Below, piece by piece: positions 11,492 to 21,777 of a DNA stretch of 64,000 nt. Numbering within the stretch: the stretch's first letter is position 1; each line of letters begins with the position of its first letter. A program made the position numbers and the translations under genes. The notes under the pieces are model-generated. The model was not told the origin of the DNA. It searched no databases and was given only the letters and a program-made list of their open reading frames with translations. Source of the stretch: Paramoeba atlantica (lineage: Eukaryota > Protista > Discosea); the NCBI GenBank assembly GCA_977017575.1, contig CDRNVI010000021.1, forward strand, positions 620,001 through 684,000, in the 5' to 3' direction.

Positions 11492-12127
11492 TTAAAGTAA
11501 ACAGCTATGGATGATATAAAAACAATTTGAAAAAAAATGGTCATCAACTTCTTGCGGAATTTCACAAATCTCTTCCTCATAATCAATTTCCTCTACTTCC
11601 AAGCTTTGTGCTACAGAAGGGAATAATTCTAATCTCCTTGTCCAAGCTTTTGATTGATTACCTGGATCTTCCAGGATTTGCTGAGGAATGCCAACTTTTT
11701 TCTGCTCAGAAACTGTTGCTTCACGATGGCAAGTAGTCTCCAAAGAAGCATAAGTTTTTTGAATCGCATCTCGCAATTGTGTCTTGCATAGGCGGGCTCC
11801 GAGACTTTTGGTGTTGCCAATTGGCTGGTTAGCGGTCAACTGGCCTCGACAGTAATTTAGCAAAAACTGGGTTCTATGATACACCAGTAGTGGCTTCAAG
11901 CGATTAAAAAGGCCTACGTCGCATGGCTGAAGAATTCCAGTGCATCTTGCTGGGATGTAAGTTATGCGAAGCCAAGGGTATGACCCACCTTCTTTGCATT
12001 GGCTTGTAATTTCTTCTTCAGTTTTCTGTGCGACGTGAACACTGCAGCAGTCTAGTAGTAGCAAAAGCGGCTCCTTATTCGTTAAATTCTTTTGTTGTAC
12101 GTCCTTATCGTAGTAAGTATGAAACAC
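11492..12127 (-). pseudogene. pogo/Tigger-like (DDE_1) transposase fragment
   Basis: PLLLLLDCCSVH and YIPARCTGILQPCDVGLFNRLK are the second and third catalytic-Asp motifs of pogo-family transposases. The N-terminus is missing. Confidence 0.8.
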
Positions 12128-12154
12128 GGACTATGCATGCAACGCTTCTCCAGA

Positions 12155-12646
12155 TACAGGGGGGGCGCGATGTTTCTGGGGGGTCTAAAATTTGTAATAT
12201 TTGTCTAATTTTGGAAAGTAATAGCGCATTCGAGAGCTCTTGTAAAGTCTGATGCTTTCGCGCATTTTGTTTCTACATATTCATGGGCTATCCTCATATT
12301 CTGTGGAGGGTAAAAACAAGACTTGCAGATTAGGAAAAACGGTATTTTAGGTGAAAAACCATATACTTTTGTCTTCGTAACTGGTCCAATCTCCTTTCTT
12401 CTCTGGAAGAATAAACATCCGTGTTGGCACACTTAATATAGTGCGCTCATACGTAGTCTTAGCATCGTTCGTAAGATATTTCAGGGTCTGTGGGATAATT
12501 GCGTAAAATCGAACTTTTTGAGCAAAATTGCATGTTAAAAGCATCAGACCTTCCAAGAACTCTCGATTGCGCTATTACTTTCCAAAATTGGACAAATATT
12601 ACAAATTTTGGACCCCCCCCAGAAATATTGTCCCCCTCCCTGTGTA
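12155..12646. mobile_element. TIR element with ~85-bp imperfect TIRs (TACAGGG.. ends)
   Basis: Left TTTCTGGGGGGGTCTAAAATTTGTAATATTTGTCTAATTTTGGAAAGTAATAGCGCATTCGAGAG is mirrored at about 12561-12625. A third partial copy lies near 12835-12895. Confidence 0.7.
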
Positions 12647-12690
12647 TAATGATTTTCCGTTGTAATCTCAGTCTCGCCCGATTCAACATT

Positions 12691-13519
12691 AAACCACCGT
12701 CCGGTTATTATACCTAGGGACACCTATTGTACCTCCTAGGTATAATAAGTGACCCTAGGGTCCTTATTATACCTCCCCCCCCCTACCTTCAGAGGCGGGT
12801 GCAGAACTTACAGGACCGTAAACTTTGATGTGGGAGGGGACTAAAATTTGTAAAACTTGGCCCATTTTGGAAAGTTATAGCGCATTCGAGAGCACTCGAA
12901 CAGGGCTCATGAACGTGCAGGCACGTAATCTGCTTTTGGATTTTCGAATGCACATAGATCACATTGTTTTTTGGTAGACAAAATCTTGCATTTTTCACAA
13001 TTTTTCTGATCCCCCCCCCTGATTTATGCCACAAAGGCGGGATTACGGACGATCGCCCTAACATAAACACTCCGAAAAGGTTAATTCATCGCCTGGACAC
13101 GTAAAAGCATGTTGGTGCATGCTCTTTGTTGTCGAAGCAATCTTTTCCACTCACTGCGCGTAAATTTCAATGTTGCGTTTGATAAGGGAAACTTACCAAG
13201 AAATCAGATTGACATTGTCAAGAGTTTTGACCAGTTGGGGTATGGTAACCACGAAAATACACGTATTCGTGGCATTTCATATTCTTTCACCCCTGAAGCC
13301 CCAGAAAACAATCTTACCCCCACACTCGCACACGTTTCCCCAGGCTTCCACAGGGGCAGAGGAAAACTTACAAATGGATCATAACTTGTTGTGGGCAATG
13401 TGAAAAAGAACGCGCCACGAAGCGGCGCAAAAAATTTTTTACCCTTTTTGCAAAGCAAAGTTATTATACCTAGGGACACTTATTATACTTCCTAGGTATA
13501 ATAACCCGGACGGTGGTTT
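12691..13519. mobile_element. TIR element with ~28-bp TIRs and TTATTATACCTAGG sub-repeats
   Basis: AAACCACCGTCCGGTTATTATACCTAGG at 12691 and CCTAGGTATAATAACCCGGACGGTGGTTT ending at 13519. No TSD is evident. Confidence 0.7.
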
Positions 13520-14133
13520 CCTAGGTATAGAAATCTTCCACTTAGGAACCAACCATCGAAAGAAAATAACATCTCCTTTTTATCGTCGTTCCAAAATATC
13601 GGCATACCATCCTGATTTATGGAGAAAAGCAAACTATACAGATGTATACGAAAAAAGCAAACTACACTGTATACGACTTTGTAAGAATATGCGGGAAATT
13701 CGCTCCTCCTCCAAGAGCTTGTCCAAAAAGGAATTAACCATTTCGTTTGCAGATAAAGTGAAAAGGTTTTGTAACGCTGAGTAGTGCTGAGAAATTGTTT
13801 CCTTATGATTTTCCAAAACCGCCGGATCAAGGCCTTCGGATGTGAAAACACTAGAAAACCACGCCAATTCTTTCTTTGCCCAGTGCTCAGAGTGCCGTCC
13901 GCCAAACGTTGCGAACTTATCCATCGTTCCAAAAGGTCGTTTTCGGGAGCTGATATTTTAACTAAAACTGAGTAACTAAAATTGGGGTCTATAATTTCGA
14001 AAGTGAGTTTAGAATTACAATCCTAATAACCTTTACTAACTTTTACGGACTAACTTTTTTTGAGGTTTATAATTATTAATGGGAGGTGGAGTACTACTTT
14101 ACCTACGATGTGCTAATAGTAATTGGAAGCTAA

Positions 14134-14203
14134 ATGATGACATTTCTTTATAAATTCGTCTCCGTCTGAACTTATTTGATGACTATTTGGAATCTCATAC
14201 TGA
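14134..14203 (+). ncRNA. Box C/D snoRNA candidate, copy 3
   Basis: The same 70-nt C-D'-C'-D core, with one substitution versus copy 2. Confidence 0.65.
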
Positions 14204-14516
14204 ACCGCGATATAACGCCCAGTAAAAATTTAACAAACTAAAAGTTAAATAAACGTCCAGTAAGAGGGATTCTCTTATACACTACCCCCGTAACATACGG
14301 TACGTATCGTAGGTCTCGCATGGACTGATCTCAAAAACCGGAGCTCTACTTTTTAGCACTTATTTTCACCCCGCTGTTCATAACTACCACCTTTACCCTC
14401 GAACGAAAAATTTGTTAAGGGGGGCTCCTGTGTACCGGACATTGCTTAATTACAGTTATCCTTACTTTCGGTTTTTACCTGAATTATTTAACCTAATTAT
14501 TTTACCTAAATTTATT

Positions 14517-14866
14517 TACAGTGCCGGGGGTTATTACGGAACACCTTAATTAAGGAACACCCCCTTTGGACGCCAAAGTGTTTCGTAATAAAGTGTTCTT
14601 TATTTTTCTCACTTTTGAGTCTCACTTTTTAATTTTCCTTCAATGGAACGTCATGTAGTTAGGTTTGATAAGTGAAAAACAGTCTTGGAATCTTCGGAAA
14701 AAAAAATTGTTGAGGAATGAAAATAGTTTTGTAAAAATGGCGGACCTTGTTCCGTCTCACTGGGAGCCACGCAGGCCGCGTAAGCCCCCAGGCGTTCCTT
14801 AATTAGGTGTTCCGTAATTAAATTCTTCCGTAAATAAAGTGTTCCGTAATAAAATTCGGCACTGTA
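14517..14866. mobile_element. Tc1/pogo-type MITE (TA|CAGT ends)
   Basis: TACAGTGCCG....TTATTACGGAACAC / GTGTTCCGTAATAA....CGGCACTGTA, with repeated GTGTTCCGTAAT motifs. Confidence 0.8.
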
Positions 14867-15214
14867 AGGTTCAAATAGATAATTTTATTTTAAGAGCAAA
14901 TTAATTTTTACACGCCCTGTGACTGGAATAGAGTGAGGATTCCTCGTGCAATGTGGAATGCGCCACCATGTTGCGACGTAGTATCAGATAATTGCATCAC
15001 GAGGGGCTTGGAAACATTATGACTTGGATCGTAAGAAAATAAGAAAAAGAAGTAAATCATAAGAGAATTATTAAAGTACAAACCTATTTATTGGTCTTTG
15101 TACAAAAGTGAGTCAAAGACGCCCGTAATAGTCAATATAGTTTTACTTTGTATTATGTTTTTCTTTTGCTCATTATACATATTGTATATTTTATAGGTTA
15201 ATGTTTTTACTGGC

Positions 15215-15562
15215 ATGAAATCACAAATGTTATTCTGTCCTTACTGTGGTACACAGCTCTTCCTTGAGTGTGCTGGGAGAGTGCGTTATTACTGTCGCAC
15301 TTGCCCTTATAAGCAAGATATTTCTGAACTCGATGATCAAATGCATGTGCTTGTCGAAGAATACACTCCCAAGAAGGCAGAAGATATATTAGGAGGACCG
15401 TCTCAGTTTAAACATTTGCCAAGTACGGAAATACTGTGCACGAAGGAAGCTTGCGGTAATCAAAAAGCATATTTCAGGCAAATTCAAATTCGTTCTGGCG
15501 ATGAACCTATGACAACTTTTTATTGCTGTACCGAATGTGGTGAAATATGGAGGCAAGACTAG
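15215..15562 (+). CDS. RPC11: RNA polymerase III subunit C11
   Basis: N-terminal Zn ribbon MLFCPYCG..YYCRTCPY and TFIIS-like C-terminus AYFRQIQIRSGDEPMTTFYCCTECG. Confidence 0.9.
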   Translation: MKSQMLFCPYCGTQLFLECAGRVRYYCRTCPYKQDISELDDQMHVLVEEYTPKKAEDILGGPSQFKHLPSTEILCTKEACGNQKAYFRQIQIRSGDEPMTTFYCCTECGEIWRQD

Positions 15563-15896
15563 CGTCGATGAACAAGCAAAATCCGGATTTAAAAAAGTTC
15601 AAAGTCATTTTGAGCTCCAGAAGTTACTTGCGTGCACTGAAGAAAACTTCTCGATCAGTTTTAGGGAAGTAGTGCAAGCGACACATTCATTGGTATTTCA
15701 GAAACTCGTTTCTTTTGAGGTACCGAGGAATACCTTTCCATGAAATTTAAAAATTGGGGCCAATTAAGTGCGTGTACATGTTTTCGAATAAAGTTTGTGG
15801 GGATTAGATTCCGAAAAGTAATGATGGAATACAGATGACGGAAGGGAGCTACAGCTGAATGGATGGGGCTACAGATGAATAATGGGGGGCTAGGGG

Positions 15897-16059
15897 CGGC
15901 TGGGCGGGGTGAGGGTACTTGCGCGTAATTGCAGGGTTGGCTGGGCTGAAAATCAACGCACGCATGAACAAAAGAGGTCTTTTCCCATCAACCCCCCCAG
16001 TAGCAAGGATTTGGCCATTTTGGCTCAAAATCGATTCTATTACTGGGGAGTCTACGGTA
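15897..16059. mobile_element. Truncated second copy of the 4945-5263 MITE family (right end only)
   Basis: Shares GGCTGGGCGGGGTGAGGG, GCTGAAAATCAACGCAC and CCCCCCAGTA(G/A)CAAGGATTTGGCCATTTTG..AAAATCGATTCTATTACTGGGG.GTCTACGGTA with about 5078-5263. Confidence 0.75.
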
Positions 16060-16317
16060 GAAGCGTGCATCGAATAGGAAATTCCACGTAAACATAAAAT
16101 GTGGCATTTCGCCAGTTTTTCTGTCTCTTCCCACCGAAAATACAAACCTTGGTCTCGGTGCGGTCTCGGGCGAAGTACCCGCAACCTCTCAGATTAAGTT
16201 TTTTTAACAACGATGGGTAAAAATGTATGCACTCTTACGAAAGTGCAATTATCAAATAAAAGCACGTAAATAAAAGTACTCCCCCTTTCATAATTCTTTA
16301 TAAGTTCGAACCGAAGA

Positions 16318-16359
16318 AGCTTTCTAGTTTTATATAAATTTATATAAAACTAGAAAGCT
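16318..16359. repeat. Perfect 42-bp AT-rich palindrome
   Basis: AGCTTTCTAGTTTTATATAAA|TTTATATAAAACTAGAAAGCT. Confidence 0.95.
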
Positions 16360-16493
16360 CTCGAAAAGTTCTAGAAATAGTACTGGTAAAAACGGAGCCC
16401 GCGGCGCTTCGCGCCGCCTTGTTCCTTCCTGGGTTGCGTATACAATGAGTAATATGTTACTTGGTTCTGTATTAAACTTAGGTTTCGTGTTAG

Positions 16494-17066
16494 TAAAGGG
16501 GGGGCTCGTTTATTGTTAACATTCGATTATTGTTAACAATCAATAAATTCTTTTATTGTTAACATTCGATTATTGTTAACAATGAATTAATTTCGGTTTT
16601 TTCGTGTGCCTTTTGAATTTTTTTGTTCCCTATGGTCATGTTTTATAGCGTTCACGATAAGGAAAATGATGCGCTTAACGATATGCGAAACTATGTTATT
16701 GAAACAACAGACTTTCATTCGCCCGACGATGGCATCCTCCAGAGATAAAACGTTGAGAAGGCAAGTAAACGGTACCTCACCCGACATCGCACTTCGATTC
16801 GCATAACTCAGTTTTGGATGAAACTGTATGGCAATTGAAAACTGCGCAGTTCCCTAAAGAGGTGTCATTGGAGAGTCGTTAGTAGCTCTGGCGATTGCCA
16901 GTGACCTTCAGCGACCTCCAGAGAGTGCCCAAATACTCCTCATTGTAACAATATTCGAACTTTCATTGCAACTCGTATAATGTTAACATTGGGGGATAAA
17001 AGTCCGATTATTGTTAGCAAAAAATGCTCGAAAAAATTTGTTAACAATAAACGAGCCCCCCCTTTA
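16494..17066. mobile_element. MITE with perfect 27-bp TIRs, TA ends
   Basis: TAAAGGGGGGGCTCGTTTATTGTTAAC / GTTAACAATAAACGAGCCCCCCCTTTA, with subterminal ATTATTGTTAAC repeats. Confidence 0.85.
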
Positions 17067-17788
17067 AGTGTTTCTACGGTGTTTTTATACAATCAAACCA
17101 ACTCCAATTGTTTTATGCCACGCAAGAAGGGCGAAGAAAGGCCTTCCGAGTCGCGCAGTTTGGTTACCCACTACTTGTCATCATCAGGCCAACTATCTCA
17201 ACGAGAAATTTGTCGACGGAACGAACGAGTGAGGGCGTACGTTGAATCTCATGGTGAAAAGCATGTGCTCTCTCTTCAATCTTTGTTGTCTGAATTCGTA
17301 CTCCGAGCTAACGCTTTATGTTGGCATGTTTTGTTTTCTCAAATAGAAATTGAAGAATATGTTGCAAGAAAAGAAATTTTACGTATCGAAGTTACCGAAA
17401 TGTGTTTTTGCACTCGCAATGTACTGCTTCTCTTATTTTCAGTGGGAGTGAGATTGAGCATTGACCAGAATCTTCGGACATTCCCTAGAGGAACTTCATC
17501 AAGTACTTTGAGTTCATTTGGGCGAACATCCTATTGAGGCATGGCTGCTCATAATTTATATAAATAATTTTATAAGTAAATCCATCTCGGTACCAAACAC
17601 TTATAAAGCTTTATATACTATAAATATAAATCGTCGAAACACTTATAGTTTATATTTGTAAACAATTATGAAAGGGGGAGTATTTAAATCATTTACTTAT
17701 GTACCTTGTGTCAAGAAACGCCCTATAAAAAATTGTCTATAATAAATTTTATAACTAAATTTTTATCTATAGTTTTATAGCGTATGTA

Positions 17789-18625
17789 ATGGGTCGTTAC
17801 GCTATCCTTGTTGTAGGACCAGCTGGAAGCGGCAAGACTACTTTCTGTGCTTGTTTGCAAGAACACGCACTCACAGTGGCGAGTCCAAAACGTACGGTGC
17901 ATGTAGTAAATCTTGACCCCGCTGTACTGAATGTCCCTTACAACGCAAGCTATGACGTACGCGATCTGCTCACGGTGGAGGACACACAACGCTCGGAAGG
18001 TTTGGGCCCAAACGGAGCTCTTGTCGCGCTTATGGAAGGTCTTCTAGAAGAAGAAGATTGGCTTCAACATAACTTCTCAGGTCAGTACGACGACGATTTC
18101 TTAATTTTTGACCTTCCGGGCCAAATAGAGCTCCTGTCACAAATACCGATTGTGCCACAGCTTGCACATCGACTCTCTAGGTTGGGTTCGTATCACGTAG
18201 TAGTGTGTTTTCTTCTTGATGCTCAGTCGGTTGTAATCGACCGAAATAAATACGTTAGCGGTTGTTTATGCGCTCTTAGTGCTATGGTAGCGTTGGATAC
18301 ACCCTTTCTTACCTTCTTGTCGAAAACGGATCTCTTGCAAGGACAAGAAAAGGACAATCTGGAAAGATTTTTAAACTGCGACTTCATTGATTCATCAATC
18401 AATTTTGCACTAGACAGTGATGGACGAGCGCAATCTAAGATGGGAAAATCCGAGTCTCTTCGAAATGCGTTATGCTCCTTAATCGAAGATTTTAATCTTG
18501 TAAACTTTATTCCCTGGAGCGTACACGATGAGGAGGGTATTATGAATACCTTCAGTACTTTGGACTATGTATTGCAATACGGAGAAGACGAAGATTTGCC
18601 GAATCCTCCAGAGGATAAAGAATGA
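17789..18625 (+). CDS. GPN3: GPN-loop GTPase 3
   Basis: GPAGSGKTTFC, VVNLDPA, LGPNGALV, FDLPGQIEL, LSKTDLL and YVLQYGED. Confidence 0.92.
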   Translation: MGRYAILVVGPAGSGKTTFCACLQEHALTVASPKRTVHVVNLDPAVLNVPYNASYDVRDLLTVEDTQRSEGLGPNGALVALMEGLLEEEDWLQHNFSGQYDDDFLIFDLPGQIELLSQIPIVPQLAHRLSRLGSYHVVVCFLLDAQSVVIDRNKYVSGCLCALSAMVALDTPFLTFLSKTDLLQGQEKDNLERFLNCDFIDSSINFALDSDGRAQSKMGKSESLRNALCSLIEDFNLVNFIPWSVHDEEGIMNTFSTLDYVLQYGEDEDLPNPPEDKE

Positions 18626-18834
18626 GTATTACTTATTAAGAATAATTGTTCTTACTTTGTAAGAATGCACCTCAATTGATTTACTTTTTTTATATCGCTG
18701 ACTGCAATGTGTTATTCATTGTCTTCATTATTTGAAATAATTTATTTCCATTTTAATATATACATAGTAGAAAAGCATGTGTACAGTAGGGAAGAATTTT
18801 TTAGCTTTGCAACGCATTCTAATGTTCTGCATCG

Positions 18835-20040
18835 ATGTTGAGTTCTACAAAAGCAAATCTGCTTACCTATGCCGTCCGAAGATCATCCCACCGACCAGCG
18901 CTGATCCAACACAAAGGGTTGGGGTCTGCCATCGAGCTCCGTGCTGTACTCCCTTCTCTCACCACACTTCCGGACATAAAACAGACCCTGCCGAAAGATT
19001 CTTCCTCACCAACACAACATCTCGCCTACGATCTTAACCGCGCAGGCTTTTCCTTTGTGGAAACCCCCGACACACGCGTTTCATTACCTCTCTCCAAACC
19101 CCATCATTTGGACACCCCCTCCCACAACTCCACCCCTCCTGAAGCCCCCCACCCCCACCACCGCCTCATCTTCCCCATGAGCCCTTCCCCCACCTACTGC
19201 ACACACCACTTTAAAACCCCCTTTTCCACCCTTAACACCCTTTCTACCACCACCATGCAATCTCTTTTATGTCCTCCCCCCCCATCCCCATCATCCCATC
19301 TTGATAACCCCATCCCCGATTCTTCTACCCCTCCCCTCGAGGCACGGCTCCATGCCGTCTGCCACTGCCCCTACCACCACTTCATCCCGGCCTATGAGGT
19401 CGTCGCGGTGGTCCAGCACGCGCTGTCGGCCGGGGCCTCCCGCGTGGTGCTCTCGGACTTCCTGCCCCCCGGGCCTCAAGTCCCCGGGACGCAGTACCTG
19501 CAGACGCTGCTGCGTACGCTCGCGTGCAGCGGTGTCCCGAGGGGGGCTTTGGTGTATGAACCTCGGGTGGGGGTGGGAGGGGGTGGGGGTTATTATGATA
19601 ATGACGATAAAGATAAGAATAATAATAATATGTATTTAAGAAATCAAGATTCGAATAAAAATAGAGGTCGTTATCGAAATAGAGATGATGGTGAGCGTAG
19701 AGTTAGGAACGCCATGTATTTAAGAGGTCGTCACCATGGGCTGCATGCGGTTTATGTTGCGGTAAGTAGTGGGATTACCCAAATCAGTTGTGACCCGTTG
19801 TGTGAGTTGGTGAGAACGAGCACAAGCCGGACGACAACAAAAACAGGTGAAGCCACTGGGGTTGAAACCCCGGGGGATTTGTTTCATCCCGGTGGTCTTC
19901 TTGGGGCCTCCTCGGTGATACACTTTTTGAATAGTTTGGGGATTGGATGTAGTGTGGAGAGTGAGGCACTGGAGAGGGTGGTGGCGTCCCACTTCCCGTC
20001 CGCGGCCGTGGGGAGGGGGGTGAAGGTGGGAGGAGAGTGA
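18835..20040 (+). CDS. Divergent HMG-CoA lyase-like (DRE-TIM) protein, probably mitochondrial
   Basis: C-terminal segments YEVVAVVQHAL..GASRVVLSD, LHAVYVAVSSGI and FLNSLGIGCSVESEAL align by eye with HMG-CoA lyase. The canonical RD and HxH motifs are not seen. Confidence 0.55.
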   Translation: MLSSTKANLLTYAVRRSSHRPALIQHKGLGSAIELRAVLPSLTTLPDIKQTLPKDSSSPTQHLAYDLNRAGFSFVETPDTRVSLPLSKPHHLDTPSHNSTPPEAPHPHHRLIFPMSPSPTYCTHHFKTPFSTLNTLSTTTMQSLLCPPPPSPSSHLDNPIPDSSTPPLEARLHAVCHCPYHHFIPAYEVVAVVQHALSAGASRVVLSDFLPPGPQVPGTQYLQTLLRTLACSGVPRGALVYEPRVGVGGGGGYYDNDDKDKNNNNMYLRNQDSNKNRGRYRNRDDGERRVRNAMYLRGRHHGLHAVYVAVSSGITQISCDPLCELVRTSTSRTTTKTGEATGVETPGDLFHPGGLLGASSVIHFLNSLGIGCSVESEALERVVASHFPSAAVGRGVKVGGE

Positions 20041-20441
20041 TAAGTCTGTGACGAGGAATGTGCATTCGTGTGGTGTATTTTTTCCAGGTAGAGAGGGTCA
20101 TGTGCGTGGGGATCTGACCGCATTTTTCAGAGCTGGAACAGAAAACATGACAACACGGTTGTACGACGATAAGGGGATGTTTTCTTGATATCATCCTTCC
20201 ACACCCTGGATTCAATTCGCGGTTGTTTACTACCAAATTAGAATTTGCCGAATTGGTGCGAAAATTTTTGTCTAGGAATATGAGCTCATACAGTTACATG
20301 TCGCTCAGTGGTGTTTAGCTTCATCCCTCCAGAGGTAATACTAATGCACTACTTCTTACTAGGTTACTACTGTTAATGAACATTCTTGAATAGCTTTTCA
20401 CGTTCATTATTTCACTTGAATATTCAATAATCTCGCACTGC

Positions 20442-21104
20442 ATGCATTTACTTCGAATGGCCGACTCATCACTTCGACCAAACAGAGTACGCGACACTCT
20501 GTTACCATTGGAATACACATTGTCTCGATTTGTGGGGAACCTAGTGGACAAGGAGGAATCATGGACAGAGACTACTCCCGCATGTGAGTGGCGATTTGTA
20601 CGATGCAATGCGGAAAAGCAAGTAACTGCCTTTGAGTGGGATAATAATGAACCTTGTATCCTACTTTCCGATTCTGATGACTGTGCGTATCCGGAATCTC
20701 CTACGTTGGAGGGTGAATTGTTGTGGGAATACATACCACATACGTTAATTTCCTTTACAGCGACCCTGCAGAATTTAGTAGGGCCTGTGCAGCTTCCCAT
20801 GCTACCAAATCGTTTAATGGTTTTTAAAATCGGCAGCAACGAATGCAGTGGGCCGTTAGATCTGACAGATCTACCCAGTGCATTGGAACTTTTGCATTTA
20901 GATCACAATCGATTTGAAGGCGAGATTGATCTTACCCGACTTCCTGGATGTCTGAAAGCCCTGGACCTGAGTTCGAATAATCTTTCTGGTAGTTTGGAAT
21001 TGACACGACTTTCTGTAAATGTGCGACTCAATCTTATGCAAAACTACTTTGCTACTCCTCATGGAGTGCCTAAAAACGTAATATTTGGAGATCAGAAGAA
21101 GTAA
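20442..21104 (+). CDS. LRR protein, dispersed family copy 2
   Basis: RVRDTLLPLEY..ACEWRFVRC cap followed by LRRs. Confidence 0.85.
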   Translation: MHLLRMADSSLRPNRVRDTLLPLEYTLSRFVGNLVDKEESWTETTPACEWRFVRCNAEKQVTAFEWDNNEPCILLSDSDDCAYPESPTLEGELLWEYIPHTLISFTATLQNLVGPVQLPMLPNRLMVFKIGSNECSGPLDLTDLPSALELLHLDHNRFEGEIDLTRLPGCLKALDLSSNNLSGSLELTRLSVNVRLNLMQNYFATPHGVPKNVIFGDQKK

Positions 21105-21777
21105 GGTCCTTTAGGGCATTAGTAGGTGGAAATGTGAGGAAAATCTTACCGGGTATGGAGTAAGTAAGGGGGGGTCATCTATTACTAACAACCATTTATT
21201 TTTAACAAGTAAATTATTAATCTTTCTCACTTTTTGAAGCCTTTCTAATGGAACATTTAATAAAAACAGCTATCATGGAGCTTGTATTTCAGAGAAATGG
21301 TGTTCGGGGGATAAATGTAGTTGTATAAATTGTATAAATGTAGTTATTATTATTGGTCCTTGGCCTAAGCACCCTGAATTCTTGCTGAGTTTTATTTTTG
21401 CGTTTCACATTATAGCAAATTTCCTTAGATATTCTTTGAGCTTCTTAAAATTAGAAACGTTTTTCCATGAGATACTTGAATGGCTATCCTTTGACCTAAA
21501 ATTATTTGCAATCTACACAGATTCATTTGTGATGCGCCATAAATGGCGCATTCTATGTCTTACAGAGTAATTGTTAATCCCTTAAATTGTTTTATCACGC
21601 ACTCAGAAGGCACTTTTTTGCAGAATCTCTCGTGTTTATATTCTTTCTACAGCGTTTATATACATACATGTATCTTTCTACAGAGGTTTCTTACAGAACC
21701 TTGTTATACGTAAAACACAGTATGACATTTGCCTCGTTATCCTCCCTGATTCAGTGAAACGCTGACCTGATTTTATC

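Noticed and set aside
16980-17537. 185-aa ORF with an HTH-like QLSQREIC segment
   Set aside because: It starts at TTG inside a MITE and has no further transposase motifs, so I cannot support it as a gene.
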